Shown here piece by piece: positions 1 to 7,932 of a stretch of DNA of 32,000 nucleotides (position 1 is its first letter; every line of letters starts with the position of its first letter). The stretch lies in assembly GCA_021789895.1 (NCBI GenBank), contig JAJYIU010000010.1, positions 1,246-33,245 on the forward strand, in the 5' to 3' direction. The notes under the pieces are model-generated. The model saw only the letters and a list, made by a program, of their open reading frames with translations, ran no database searches and was not told the DNA's origin. Origin of the DNA: Acidobacteriota bacterium. Lineage in GTDB: Bacteria > Acidobacteriota > Terriglobia > Terriglobales > SCQP01. A program made the position numbers and the translations under genes.

Positions 1-726
1 CCGGCCGCATTCGACGCCTGCCTGGATAGCGGCCGCATGGCCGCGCGCGTCCGGCAGGATGTTGCCGATGGCACTGCCCTGGGCGTGCGCGGCACGCCTA
101 CTTTTTTCATCAACCGCCGCGCCCTCATCGGCCCGCCCCGCTATGCTCAACTGCAGCGCCTCATAGAACAAGGACTTAGCGGGCAATCGCCTGGCTCTGA
201 GGCTCAAATTCACCCCTCCGTTGGCGCATCCGCTCCGCCGCCGCCCCTTGCCCCCGCCGCCGGCCAGCCGCCTGCGGCTCAGTCCCCGGCTTCTCTCCCG
301 TCACCGTCCGGCTCCGGTTTCGGCGGTAATTTGTTCGCCAATGCCGATCCGCTGACCTGCAATGTGAACGAGGCCAAACTCGTAAAGCCGGTCATGATCC
401 ATACCCCGGAAGCGAAAATTCTCTACCAATCCACTGCCCGGCCTTTGTTTATAGACGTTCGCATGGCTTCGGATTTCGCCCGCGGCCATATCCCCGGTGC
501 CGTCAATATCCCGATTGAAGATTTCGCCGCCCGCAGCGCCCGCCTTCCCCGGTCCAAAACCATCGTCCTGTACGAAAGCGGCGCCGGCGTAGGCGAAGAC
601 GCCTGCGCTTTCAGCCGCGCTGCCGCCCGCATCCTGCTGGCTCGCGGTTTCAGCCCGGCCAGGGTGAAGGTGTACCAGAGTGGACTGCTCGCCTGGCAGC
701 GCGCCGGCCTTCCCGTCGCTAAATAA
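1..726 (+). CDS. DsbA/thioredoxin-like C-terminal segment fused via Pro/Ala-rich linker to a rhodanese-like domain (5' truncated by window edge)
   Basis: Frame is open upstream of the listed ATG at 37 to base 1 (PAAFDACLDSGRMAARVRQDVADGTALGVRGTPTFFINRR), typical of a DsbA-family C-terminal half with cis-Pro loop GTPTFF. Then linker and rhodanese-like FIDVRMASDFARGHIPGAVNIP ... GLLAWQRAGLPV. Confidence 0.8.
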   Translation, partial: PAAFDACLDSGRMAARVRQDVADGTALGVRGTPTFFINRRALIGPPRYAQLQRLIEQGLSGQSPGSEAQIHPSVGASAPPPPLAPAAGQPPAAQSPASLPSPSGSGFGGNLFANADPLTCNVNEAKLVKPVMIHTPEAKILYQSTARPLFIDVRMASDFARGHIPGAVNIPIEDFAARSARLPRSKTIVLYESGAGVGEDACAFSRAAARILLARGFSPARVKVYQSGLLAWQRAGLPVAK

Positions 727-1010
727 CCGGGCGCCCCGCATGAGGCGGCGTTTTGATCGGGTTTTATAAGTTAGTAAACACCCGTGTGGAAGCCGTTCCG
801 GAGTGTGTCTGTAAACTATAGCAATCCCTCGGAAAATATTTATCGAGGTAACGTTTTATTTTTTAATATGCGTTTTTTCATTTATTATGAATTTTCTCCT
901 CGAAAATACTGGCTGAAATTGACTTTCGTTTATTGTTCGCCTTATGTAGCATTTATGTAATTGATATATCTTAACTTATAAATAAAAAGCTCATCTTTGG
1001 ATTGCCATGC

Positions 1011-1016
1011 TATAAT
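1011..1016 (+). promoter_or_regulatory. Putative extended -10 promoter element (TGCTATAAT)
   Basis: Perfect TATAAT preceded by TGn (ATGCTATAATGGGG), directly after an AT-rich stretch; no obvious -35 at 17 bp, as expected for extended -10. Confidence 0.5.
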
Positions 1017-1063
1017 GGGGCTTTAGAGTCAGAAGACTCGAATTAGCCGTCTTAAGCCGGCGC

Positions 1064-1077
1064 GCTCTTTGACAATT
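1064..1077 (+). promoter_or_regulatory. boxA-like antitermination motif (GCTCTTTGACAATT)
   Basis: Close match to rrn boxA (TGCTCTTTAACA) about 50 nt downstream of the putative extended -10. Confidence 0.4.
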
Positions 1078-1169
1078 CGTCGTATCCATTGCCGCAGCCG
1101 TTACGCGCGGGATTGCCAACGAGGTTGAACGCTGGCCCGCGCGCGAACAGGCACCGGTCAATCAGGGTC

Positions 1170-1286
1170 ATCCAGGGTCATCTCAGGGGCATCTTGAATT
1201 AGCAGATGGCACTGACTATATTGCTGACAATAATGCCCTTAACTGCAATAGGGTCATCTGTGCCATCTTTTTTGTATTTCCCCCTC
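1170..1286. repeat. Imperfect direct repeat copy A (~117 bp)
   Basis: ATCCAGGGTCATCTCAGGGGCATCT...AGATGGCACTG...ATAGGGTCATCT...CATCTTTTTT...CCCTC aligns along its length with 1318-1435. Confidence 0.75.
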
Positions 1287-1317
1287 ATACTTCCTTGGCG
1301 TTGTTCTCCTTTCGGAA

Positions 1318-1435
1318 ATCCAGGGTCAACTCAGGGGCATCTCTAAATCAGAGATGGCACTGTATATCTGATTGGCGCATCAGGGCTTACTATCGATAGG
1401 GTCATCTTGTACATCTTTTTTATCGTTTTCCCTCA
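1318..1435. repeat. Imperfect direct repeat copy B (~118 bp)
   Basis: ATCCAGGGTCAACTCAGGGGCATCT...AGATGGCACTG...GATAGGGTCATCTTGTACATCTTTTTT...CCCTC, diverged copy of 1170-1286. Confidence 0.75.
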
Positions 1436-1455
1436 ACAACTGCGAGTGTATGCTG

Positions 1456-1472
1456 CCGGCGCGCCGCGCCGG
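1456..1472 (-). terminator. GC-rich hairpin downstream of ssrA (possible terminator/processing hairpin)
   Basis: CCGGCGC-GCC-GCGCCGG, 7-bp perfect stem, 3-nt loop, 28 nt past the tmRNA 3' end; no U-tract on the minus strand. Confidence 0.35.
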
Positions 1473-1499
1473 ATCTTAAGTCTATGTAGGAATGTGTTT

Positions 1500-1849
1500 T
1501 GGTGGAGGCGGTGGGAGTTGAACCCACGTCCGAGAGTGCTGCCAGACCAGAGCCTACGTGTGTAGTCCGTTCCGCGTGTCTCGCCGTCTCCAATTAGAAC
1601 GAACAAGAATCGGATTCAGCCAGCCTGTGGATCTCGCCCTGCTGCGCCCAGGCCCGCGCCGCCGGCCAGCCCACTAAGATGACGCTCAGTTGCGGCTTAT
1701 GGGCTCGCCGCAGTGAACGCGTTGCTTAAAAATTAAGCAGCGTATGCCAGTTGTTGATTGGCATTTCAGGGTTTCCATGCGCTTGCGGGTGCATGGCGCC
1801 CGACACGCCTCTCGTCCTCATCCACTCCCGTCGAAACCGGGACGCCCCC
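1500..1849 (-). ncRNA. ssrA: transfer-messenger RNA (tmRNA)
   Basis: On the minus strand: 5' GGGGGCGTCCCGGTTTCGACGGGAG...; 3' ...GGACGTGGGTTCAACTCCCACCGCCTCCACCA; internal tag ORF GCC AAT CAA CAA CTG GCA TAC GCT GCT TAA. Length 350 nt. Confidence 0.95.
1733..1762 (-). other. tmRNA tag-encoding mini-ORF, predicted tag ANQQLAYAA
   Basis: In-frame A-N-Q-Q-L-A-Y-A-A-stop on the tmRNA sense strand, ending in the hydrophobic AA expected of a ClpXP-recognised ssrA tag. Confidence 0.85.
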
Positions 1850-1966
1850 TTTGCTAATCGTTGTTATTGTAACACTTTATTCAATGTGCCTCGGCGGACG
1901 TGGATTCAGGCCGCTCGGCAACGTTGACCAACCTTGACCGCACCCGGCAACCCGTATTCTATTCCC

Positions 1967-4108
1967 ATGGTTCGCTGCTGTTGTGTATTGCTGTTTGTAG
2001 TGGCGATGGCGGGCATGACGCGCGCCCAATCCCCCTGCCGTCTTCTATCCGCCAATGCCCATGCCTGGCTGCGAAGTGCCGGGGCCGAGCCCGCCGCCTC
2101 CGCGGCGCTTCGCCGGTGTGCGCTCCGCAGCCGCAGCCCTCGCCGCCGCGCCTTGGCCAGCCTCGCCCTGGCGGTTGGAGCAGCCCGGCGCAATCTGCTG
2201 CCCCAGGCGGCAGCCGGTTTTCAAGCCGCCCGCCAGTATGCCCCGCTTGAAGATGTTGCCCGCTTTGAGCAAGGCCGCGAATTGCTGCGCCATAGCCAGC
2301 CGGCCGCGGCTCTGCAACCGCTGTTGGGCTTTCTCCAAGGTGAGCGCTCCAGTCCCCTGCGCCGCGCTGCCCTGCTGGCCGCGGTTCAGGCCGCGGAGCA
2401 GATTGGCAACTGGCCGGTGGTGCTTCAGCTCGTGCGGGCGCTGCCGTATTCCCCGCAACTGGAATTCTGGCGCGGTGAAGCCGATGAGGCCCTGGCTCGC
2501 GTCCCGCAAGCCGTGGCGGCGTATGAGCGCGTCTATTTCGATTCGCCGGCCTCTGCCGCGGCTTCGCTGGCCGGCCGGCGCTTGGCCGCCCTCTGGCCGC
2601 ATCTCCCAGGGCCCCGGCCCGGCTGGCAGCTCTATTTCCAGCGCGGCCTCCGGCTGTTGCGCAGCGGGCGGGCCTCGGACGCGGCTGCGGCGTTCCGCCA
2701 GGCGCAGGCGCTGGCGCCGGCGGCGGCGCAGTCCCGCTTCCTCCTGCCGCTTGTCGAAACCGACTTCGCCCTGCGCCGGAATGCTGCTGTCGGGCGCCTC
2801 CTGCCGGCGCTCGCCCAAAGTGGCTTTCGCGCTCAAGCTGCTTGGTTCCAACTGCGCCTGGATTTGCGCCGGAACCAAATGGCGGCGGCGGAAAATGAGT
2901 TGCGCCGCCTGGCTCGGGATCGCGCCGCGCTTCGGCTCTACTCCCGCGCGCTCGTTTTGGTCGCGGATACCGAGTTGAACCAGCATTCCCTGCTTGGCGC
3001 CCAACACTGGTTCGATGCCTACGCCGCCCGCTTCCCTCATTCCTCCTTCGCCGCCTCCGCCGCCTGGCGCTCCGCCTGGCTGGCCTACCGCCTGCGTCAG
3101 CCTTCCGCGCGTCTGCGGCTTGAGCGTTATCTGCTTCTCTATCCCCGCGCCCGCGACGCCGGCGATGCGCTCTATTGGCTCGGCCGCATCTCCCAGCGGC
3201 AGGGCCGTTTGGGCCTCGCCGCGGAATGCTTCCGCGCCGCGATGTCGCGTTACCCGCAAACCTATTTCGGCCGCTTGGCCGCGCGGCGGGCGTCGCGCCT
3301 GCGCCGCCGGCGGCTTCAACATCTGCCGCGCTTCTTTTACCGCCTGGTACGGCCCGCTTCCGTGCCCCCGCCGGCGCCGCTGCCCGCTTCTGCATTGCGC
3401 GCCTGGCGGCGCAGTCATTGGCTCGCCGCCATCTGGCTTCCGCATCTCGCCATTCGCTTGCTGCTGCCGCAGTTCTGGCGCTTTCCCCGCTCGTTGCTGC
3501 TGGCTGAAACCTTATCCGCCTGGGAGGCGCAAAACCGTAACTATGCCGCCTCGATTGCGGACCTCCAGCAGGTGCTGCCGCCGGCCGAACGCTTGTCGCT
3601 GGCGCAGTTGCCCCTGCCGCTGTGGCGCCGGCTCTATCCCTTCCCCTTTCCCGGGCCGACCGCGCGTGCCGCCCGCCGCTTTGGTTTCTCAGTCCCGCTG
3701 CTGTTGGGCCTGATCCGCCAGGAATCGGGTTTCAACCCGCGCTCCCTTTCCTATGCGCATGCGCGTGGGCTGATGCAGCTTGAGTTGGCTACCGCCCAGG
3801 CGCACGAGCGCCTGGTGGGCCGCCGGCGGCTACGCGCTGCGGACCTGTTTACGCCGGGCTTGAACCTGCAGCTCGGTGCGGCGGAATTGGCTGCCCTGCG
3901 CCGGCATTTCCACCGCAGCCTGGTTTATATGCTCGCCGCCTACAACGCCGGGCCGCATGCCGTAGATAGCTGGCTGGCCGCCGGCCGCCCCGGCTCCGAA
4001 GCCCGTTTCATCGAATCCATTCCTTACGTGCAAACCCGCCATTATGTGCAGACCGTGCTCAGCAACGCCCGCCTGTATGCCCTGCTCTACCATCGCCCTC
4101 CGCGCTGA
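1967..4108 (+). CDS. slt: Soluble lytic murein transglycosylase (Slt70-like), secreted
   Basis: Track ORF 1934..4108; ATG at 1967 gives a better signal peptide (MVRCCCVLLFVVAMAGMTRAQ). C-terminal goose-lysozyme/SLT motifs GLIRQESGFNPRSLSYAHARGLMQL and AAYNAG. Confidence 0.88.
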   Translation: MVRCCCVLLFVVAMAGMTRAQSPCRLLSANAHAWLRSAGAEPAASAALRRCALRSRSPRRRALASLALAVGAARRNLLPQAAAGFQAARQYAPLEDVARFEQGRELLRHSQPAAALQPLLGFLQGERSSPLRRAALLAAVQAAEQIGNWPVVLQLVRALPYSPQLEFWRGEADEALARVPQAVAAYERVYFDSPASAAASLAGRRLAALWPHLPGPRPGWQLYFQRGLRLLRSGRASDAAAAFRQAQALAPAAAQSRFLLPLVETDFALRRNAAVGRLLPALAQSGFRAQAAWFQLRLDLRRNQMAAAENELRRLARDRAALRLYSRALVLVADTELNQHSLLGAQHWFDAYAARFPHSSFAASAAWRSAWLAYRLRQPSARLRLERYLLLYPRARDAGDALYWLGRISQRQGRLGLAAECFRAAMSRYPQTYFGRLAARRASRLRRRRLQHLPRFFYRLVRPASVPPPAPLPASALRAWRRSHWLAAIWLPHLAIRLLLPQFWRFPRSLLLAETLSAWEAQNRNYAASIADLQQVLPPAERLSLAQLPLPLWRRLYPFPFPGPTARAARRFGFSVPLLLGLIRQESGFNPRSLSYAHARGLMQLELATAQAHERLVGRRRLRAADLFTPGLNLQLGAAELAALRRHFHRSLVYMLAAYNAGPHAVDSWLAAGRPGSEARFIESIPYVQTRHYVQTVLSNARLYALLYHRPPR

Positions 4109-4110
4109 GA

Positions 4111-4626
4111 TTAATGCACCAGTCCCAGCTTGCTCGGCGGCCAATAGCAGAACACCGCTTTGCCTACGATCAGGCGCTCCGGCACCATCCCCCAATCGCG
4201 GCTGTCGTCGGAAGCGGTGCGATGATCGCCTAACACGAAAAAATCGCCCGCGGGTATGCGCGTCCGCGGGTAATCGGCGCGGCCGCGCCAGCCGCCGCGC
4301 AAATACGGCTCCGATAGCCGCCGCGAGTTGACGTACACCACCCCTCGCCGTATCCGCACCCAATCGCCGGGCAGGCCGATCACCCGCTTGATAAAGCAGG
4401 TGCGGGGATTCAAGGGAAAGTAAAATACCACCACGTCGCCGCGCCGTATGGGAGTGACGCGATAGAGAAAATGGTTGATCAGCAGCCGTTCGTGATTCGC
4501 CAGGCAGGGTTGCATGCTGTCGCCGGCGACTCGAACCGGCTGATAGCAGGTCACCACCAGCAGCGGCGCCAGCACCAGGCCCAGCAGCAGGTCGCGCGCC
4601 CAGAGTCCCTTGAAAGGGCGTAGCAT
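4111..4626 (-). CDS. lepB: Signal peptidase I
   Basis: N-terminal TM segment, catalytic Ser motif GDSMQPCL, catalytic Lys motif FIKRVIGLPGD, box E GDHRTASDDSRDWG. Confidence 0.92.
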   Translation of the reverse strand: MLRPFKGLWARDLLLGLVLAPLLVVTCYQPVRVAGDSMQPCLANHERLLINHFLYRVTPIRRGDVVVFYFPLNPRTCFIKRVIGLPGDWVRIRRGVVYVNSRRLSEPYLRGGWRGRADYPRTRIPAGDFFVLGDHRTASDDSRDWGMVPERLIVGKAVFCYWPPSKLGLVH

Positions 4627-4675
4627 CGTGGCCTCATCCTAGCCGATTCCATCGCCGTCTGCCATCATCGGCCCG

Positions 4676-5443
4676 CTACGCGCGCCTGCCCGATAGCAGG
4701 TCGAAATGGTGGAGCGCGCCCTGGGCCGCAGCCTGCTCGGCCGCCTTCTTCGTCGCGCCTCGCCCTTCGCCGCGGTAGATTCCCTCGATCGCCACCTCGA
4801 CGTGGAAGGTTTTCCCGTGCTCCGGGCCGCTGGCCGAAACTACCTGGTAATGCGGCAAGGGATGGCCCTGCGCATGCGCCCATTCCTGCAGGGCGGATTT
4901 GTAGGCGAACTCATGCAGTTGCCCGATCTGCAGCGCGTCGAGCGAGGGCAGCACGAAATGGTCAATGAAAGCGGCGGCCGATGAATAGCCGCTGTCGCGC
5001 TGGATCGCGCCAATCATGGCTTCCAGGGCATTCGCCAGCAGGCGCAGCTTCCCCCGCCCGCCGACCCGTTCCTCATTTGGACTCAGCCGCAGGTACGCGC
5101 CCAGATCCAGGCGCTCCGCCATTTGGGCGAGATAGCGGGAGCTGACGATCCAGGCGCGCAACCGGCTGAGCTGGCCTTCGCTGCTCTCCGGATAGGCCTG
5201 CAGCAGGCGCTCGCTGGCGCGCAGGCCCAGCACCGCATCCCCCAGAAACTCGAGCAGTTCATTGTCTTCCCGTTCGCCTGCGGTTGTGGTTTGCGTGCTC
5301 CAGGAACGATGGGTTAAAGCCTGCAGCAGCCAGCGCGGCTGGTGAAAGCGATATCCAATGCGCTCCTGCAGGCGCGAAATCGCATCGTGAGCGGAGTCCG
5401 CCGGAGAGGGTTGCGCGGGCGCAGGACGGCGGCGTGCTGTCAT
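4676..5443 (-). CDS. rnc: Ribonuclease III
   Basis: RNase III signature NELLEFLGDAVLGL, C-terminal dsRNA-binding domain GKTFHVEVAIEGIYRGEGRGATKKAAEQAAAQGAL. Confidence 0.95.
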   Translation of the reverse strand: MTARRRPAPAQPSPADSAHDAISRLQERIGYRFHQPRWLLQALTHRSWSTQTTTAGEREDNELLEFLGDAVLGLRASERLLQAYPESSEGQLSRLRAWIVSSRYLAQMAERLDLGAYLRLSPNEERVGGRGKLRLLANALEAMIGAIQRDSGYSSAAAFIDHFVLPSLDALQIGQLHEFAYKSALQEWAHAQGHPLPHYQVVSASGPEHGKTFHVEVAIEGIYRGEGRGATKKAAEQAAAQGALHHFDLLSGRRA

Positions 5444-5449
5444 GTTCGA

Positions 5450-6376
5450 TCAGTGCGGCGTTGTTGGCGCGGAGTGCGCTGTCGCCGGCGCCGCGGGCGG
5501 CTGCGTGGGCGCGGCCGGCGGCGGTTGCATGCTCCGCCGCACCGCCCCCATTTCGGCGCGTAACTGCGTCTGCAGTCCGGCGTCTTGCGGGGCCAGCGCC
5601 GCGGCTTTGTGCAGCGATGCCAGCGCCTCGGAATACTGGTGCAGCTTGGCCTGCTCCAGGCCCATGCGGAAATAATCGTTGGCCGCGCTGATGCCGGTTT
5701 CGAGCGCGACCGCTTGCTGAAAATAGCCGATCGCCTTCGCCGATTGGCCGCGAACCGAATCAATCCGGCCGAAGGCGCTTTCCGCCGTGGCATGAATCAA
5801 TTTTTGCCAGCCCGCGACCTGGGCGGCCGTCATCGGCGGCTTGCCCATGCCCGGCTTCAGCTTCGCAACTTCCGCCATCGCCCGCCGGGCATAGGATGCG
5901 GCATTGTTCAGCATCTGGTCGCGATTCAGGTCGCTCGGCCGCACCACCATCGGAATCACCGTCGCCAGTTGCATCAGGGCGACTAGTTGATGCGGTTCCC
6001 GCTGGAGGACGCGCTCGCCGTAGCCGATTTCCTGCGCGAATAGGCTGCGCTGGCGAAAGTATTGCATCGCGAGAAAATAAACGCCCCCCAGATAGGGATT
6101 GTGCGGATGTTGCGCCGCGAATGCATCAATGTCCTGCGAAATTCGCGTCGGCTCCAGCTTCGCGTTTTGCATCTCCATCACCAGATTGCGCGCGGCCACC
6201 AGTTGCGGCGGCGGCGGCCCGGCCAGGCTGGGGCGGGCGTTGGCTGGAGCGGGGTTCGGATTCGCCGCCGTTGGCGCCGCCGGCGCGGGTGCGGCGGGCG
6301 CGGCCGCCGTTTGCGCCGCCAGGCCGGCGGCGAAAACCAGAACGAGCAGTGTGGGCAGTGCAGGTTGAATTCTCAT
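5450..6376 (-). CDS. Secreted TPR-repeat protein
   Basis: Signal peptide MRIQPALPTLLVLVFAAGLAAQ, start at 6374-6376 inside the longer listed ORF (upstream part overlaps the next gene); TPR-like helices (AIGYFQQAVALETG..., EALASLHKAAALAPQDAGLQ). Confidence 0.72.
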   Translation of the reverse strand: MRIQPALPTLLVLVFAAGLAAQTAAAPAAPAPAAPTAANPNPAPANARPSLAGPPPPQLVAARNLVMEMQNAKLEPTRISQDIDAFAAQHPHNPYLGGVYFLAMQYFRQRSLFAQEIGYGERVLQREPHQLVALMQLATVIPMVVRPSDLNRDQMLNNAASYARRAMAEVAKLKPGMGKPPMTAAQVAGWQKLIHATAESAFGRIDSVRGQSAKAIGYFQQAVALETGISAANDYFRMGLEQAKLHQYSEALASLHKAAALAPQDAGLQTQLRAEMGAVRRSMQPPPAAPTQPPAAPATAHSAPTTPH

Positions 6377-6393
6377 AAAGAAGTGAAAGATGG

Positions 6394-7932
6394 CTATTGC
6401 GAATCCGGATGGGGTGGCGGGGGAACAAAGGCCTGCCGTACGCCTTGTTGCGCAATCTGCCGGGCCGCAGGGGTGGCGGCGGTCGCCAGTGCCGCCTGAT
6501 AATGTGCGATGGCCTGCGCGCGTTGATGTTCCAGGTCGAAAATGCGTCCCAGGTAAATATTCGCCCAGGTCCGGATGTGCGTTTCCGAATAGGACGCCGT
6601 GGCCAGGGCGTTTTCGAAATGCCGCTGCGCCGCTTGCGGATGTCCCTGGCGGGCGGCAATTTCCGCCAGCAGGTACTCGGCTTCCGCTCTCGGACTTGAG
6701 CCGGAGGCCAGGCTGTCGCGCGCCAGCTTCCCGGCTTCGGCTATCTCTCCGGAGGCAATCAGGTCTTCGCCGCGCGCCAGCAGGCTCAGCGCCGGATGCG
6801 GCCGCGGCGGCGGCGGCGGTGCCGGCGCGGCGGCAAAACGGATTTTCCCTTTTTTGACCTCGCCGGCAATCGTGCGGACGGGAATGGTGAAGGCTGCGCT
6901 TGGATAGAATTCGCTGAAATTCACCACGTCGCGCTCGTAATGTTGCTCCAGTTCGCGGAAAAAGAAGCCGCACAGCAGAAAGCCCTGGGCCTGGTCGCGT
7001 TGTATGCGGCTCCATTGCTGGGCCGGTGTGCCCCCGTCCAGCCGGGTTTCCACCGCGCGCACCCAGCTCTCGTCGTAAAACAACGACGGGCTGCGGCGGA
7101 ATTGCTCGCCTAGCGCCGGCGCCTGGCGCGCCAGCGGCATCAGGGGCATGATCTCGTCAATCGCCGCCGGATATTTGCGCACTAGCGGATCGAGCACGTA
7201 ATGCAAATAGGTGTGCTGGATGTCGCGCATCTCGGCCGCCGGGTTCAGGCCGACCACGATGAAGTAATTGCCCAAAAAATTCCTCGCATGCGTCTCCACC
7301 GGCGATGCCAGAAACTCGGGAAAGATGTACAGACTGCGCCCGAGATAGGTTTGCGATAGCCGCAGATAATTATCCACTTGGGCGATCGCCTGCCGGGTCA
7401 CCGGCGAATAGGCTTCGATCGCCTGGCGGTAATAGCGGGCGTATTGCCCCCAGTACCCGGCTAAACCGGCTTGCCTGTAGAAACGGCGCAGCAACGGCAG
7501 CAAGCCGGTCAGCGCGGCCGCGTCCGGCGGCAGATTGGTGGCCGGCACGGTCAGGCGCAGGTTCGGCGGCGGTCCTAAAAACATGGATAACGAAATGTAT
7601 TGCGCCAGGTTCAAGGCGGGATTGGCAAGCTCATGCGCCTGGTAAAACATGCGCAGCTCGCCATAGATCGGTAGATTCTTGGCCAGCAGTTGGCGGCGCA
7701 GCCGGTCGCGCAACGGGCTGGCTCCGGGGGCATGCAACCCGGTCCGGTAGCCGGCGACATTGATCGCCGCCAACACGGTGAATAGCGCCGGGTTGGAGTC
7801 CAACTGTATGTTGGTGCGTATGCCTGCGGATGCGCCGGGCGGCGGAATCGCCTGCGCCCCAAGCGCGATGCCAAGACTGGCGGACAGCAGGCTTCCTGCC
7901 ATCCAGCGGAAGATGCGGCGGGGGAAATGCAC
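6394..7932 (-). CDS. Secreted protein with metallopeptidase-like central region and C-terminal TPR repeats
   Basis: GTG start at 7930-7932 with GGGAAGA upstream; signal peptide FRWMAGSLLSASLGIALGAQA; C-term TPR motifs (AEYLLAEIAARQGHPQAAQRHFENALATAS). Confidence 0.7.
   Translation of the reverse strand: MHFPRRIFRWMAGSLLSASLGIALGAQAIPPPGASAGIRTNIQLDSNPALFTVLAAINVAGYRTGLHAPGASPLRDRLRRQLLAKNLPIYGELRMFYQAHELANPALNLAQYISLSMFLGPPPNLRLTVPATNLPPDAAALTGLLPLLRRFYRQAGLAGYWGQYARYYRQAIEAYSPVTRQAIAQVDNYLRLSQTYLGRSLYIFPEFLASPVETHARNFLGNYFIVVGLNPAAEMRDIQHTYLHYVLDPLVRKYPAAIDEIMPLMPLARQAPALGEQFRRSPSLFYDESWVRAVETRLDGGTPAQQWSRIQRDQAQGFLLCGFFFRELEQHYERDVVNFSEFYPSAAFTIPVRTIAGEVKKGKIRFAAAPAPPPPPRPHPALSLLARGEDLIASGEIAEAGKLARDSLASGSSPRAEAEYLLAEIAARQGHPQAAQRHFENALATASYSETHIRTWANIYLGRIFDLEHQRAQAIAHYQAALATAATPAARQIAQQGVRQAFVPPPPHPDSQ

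Noticed and set aside
1127-1136. GAACGCTGGC as evidence of a 16S rRNA gene fragment
   Set aside because: Only 10 nt match and nothing downstream aligns with 16S; kept only as a side remark in the leader finding, not called as rRNA.
1163-1435. Repeats considered as a CRISPR array
   Set aside because: Only short ~10-bp units and two long diverged repeats, no regular 20-40 bp repeats with unique spacers, no cas genes.
1959-3395. 478-aa minus-strand ORF rich in Arg/Ala/Gly (and overlapping 466-aa ORF)
   Set aside because: Antisense to the lytic transglycosylase; composition-driven artefact.
6377-7015. N-terminal extension of the 521-aa minus-strand ORF
   Set aside because: Overlaps the 5' neighbour (6394..7932) and precedes a clean signal peptide at 6376; likely not translated.
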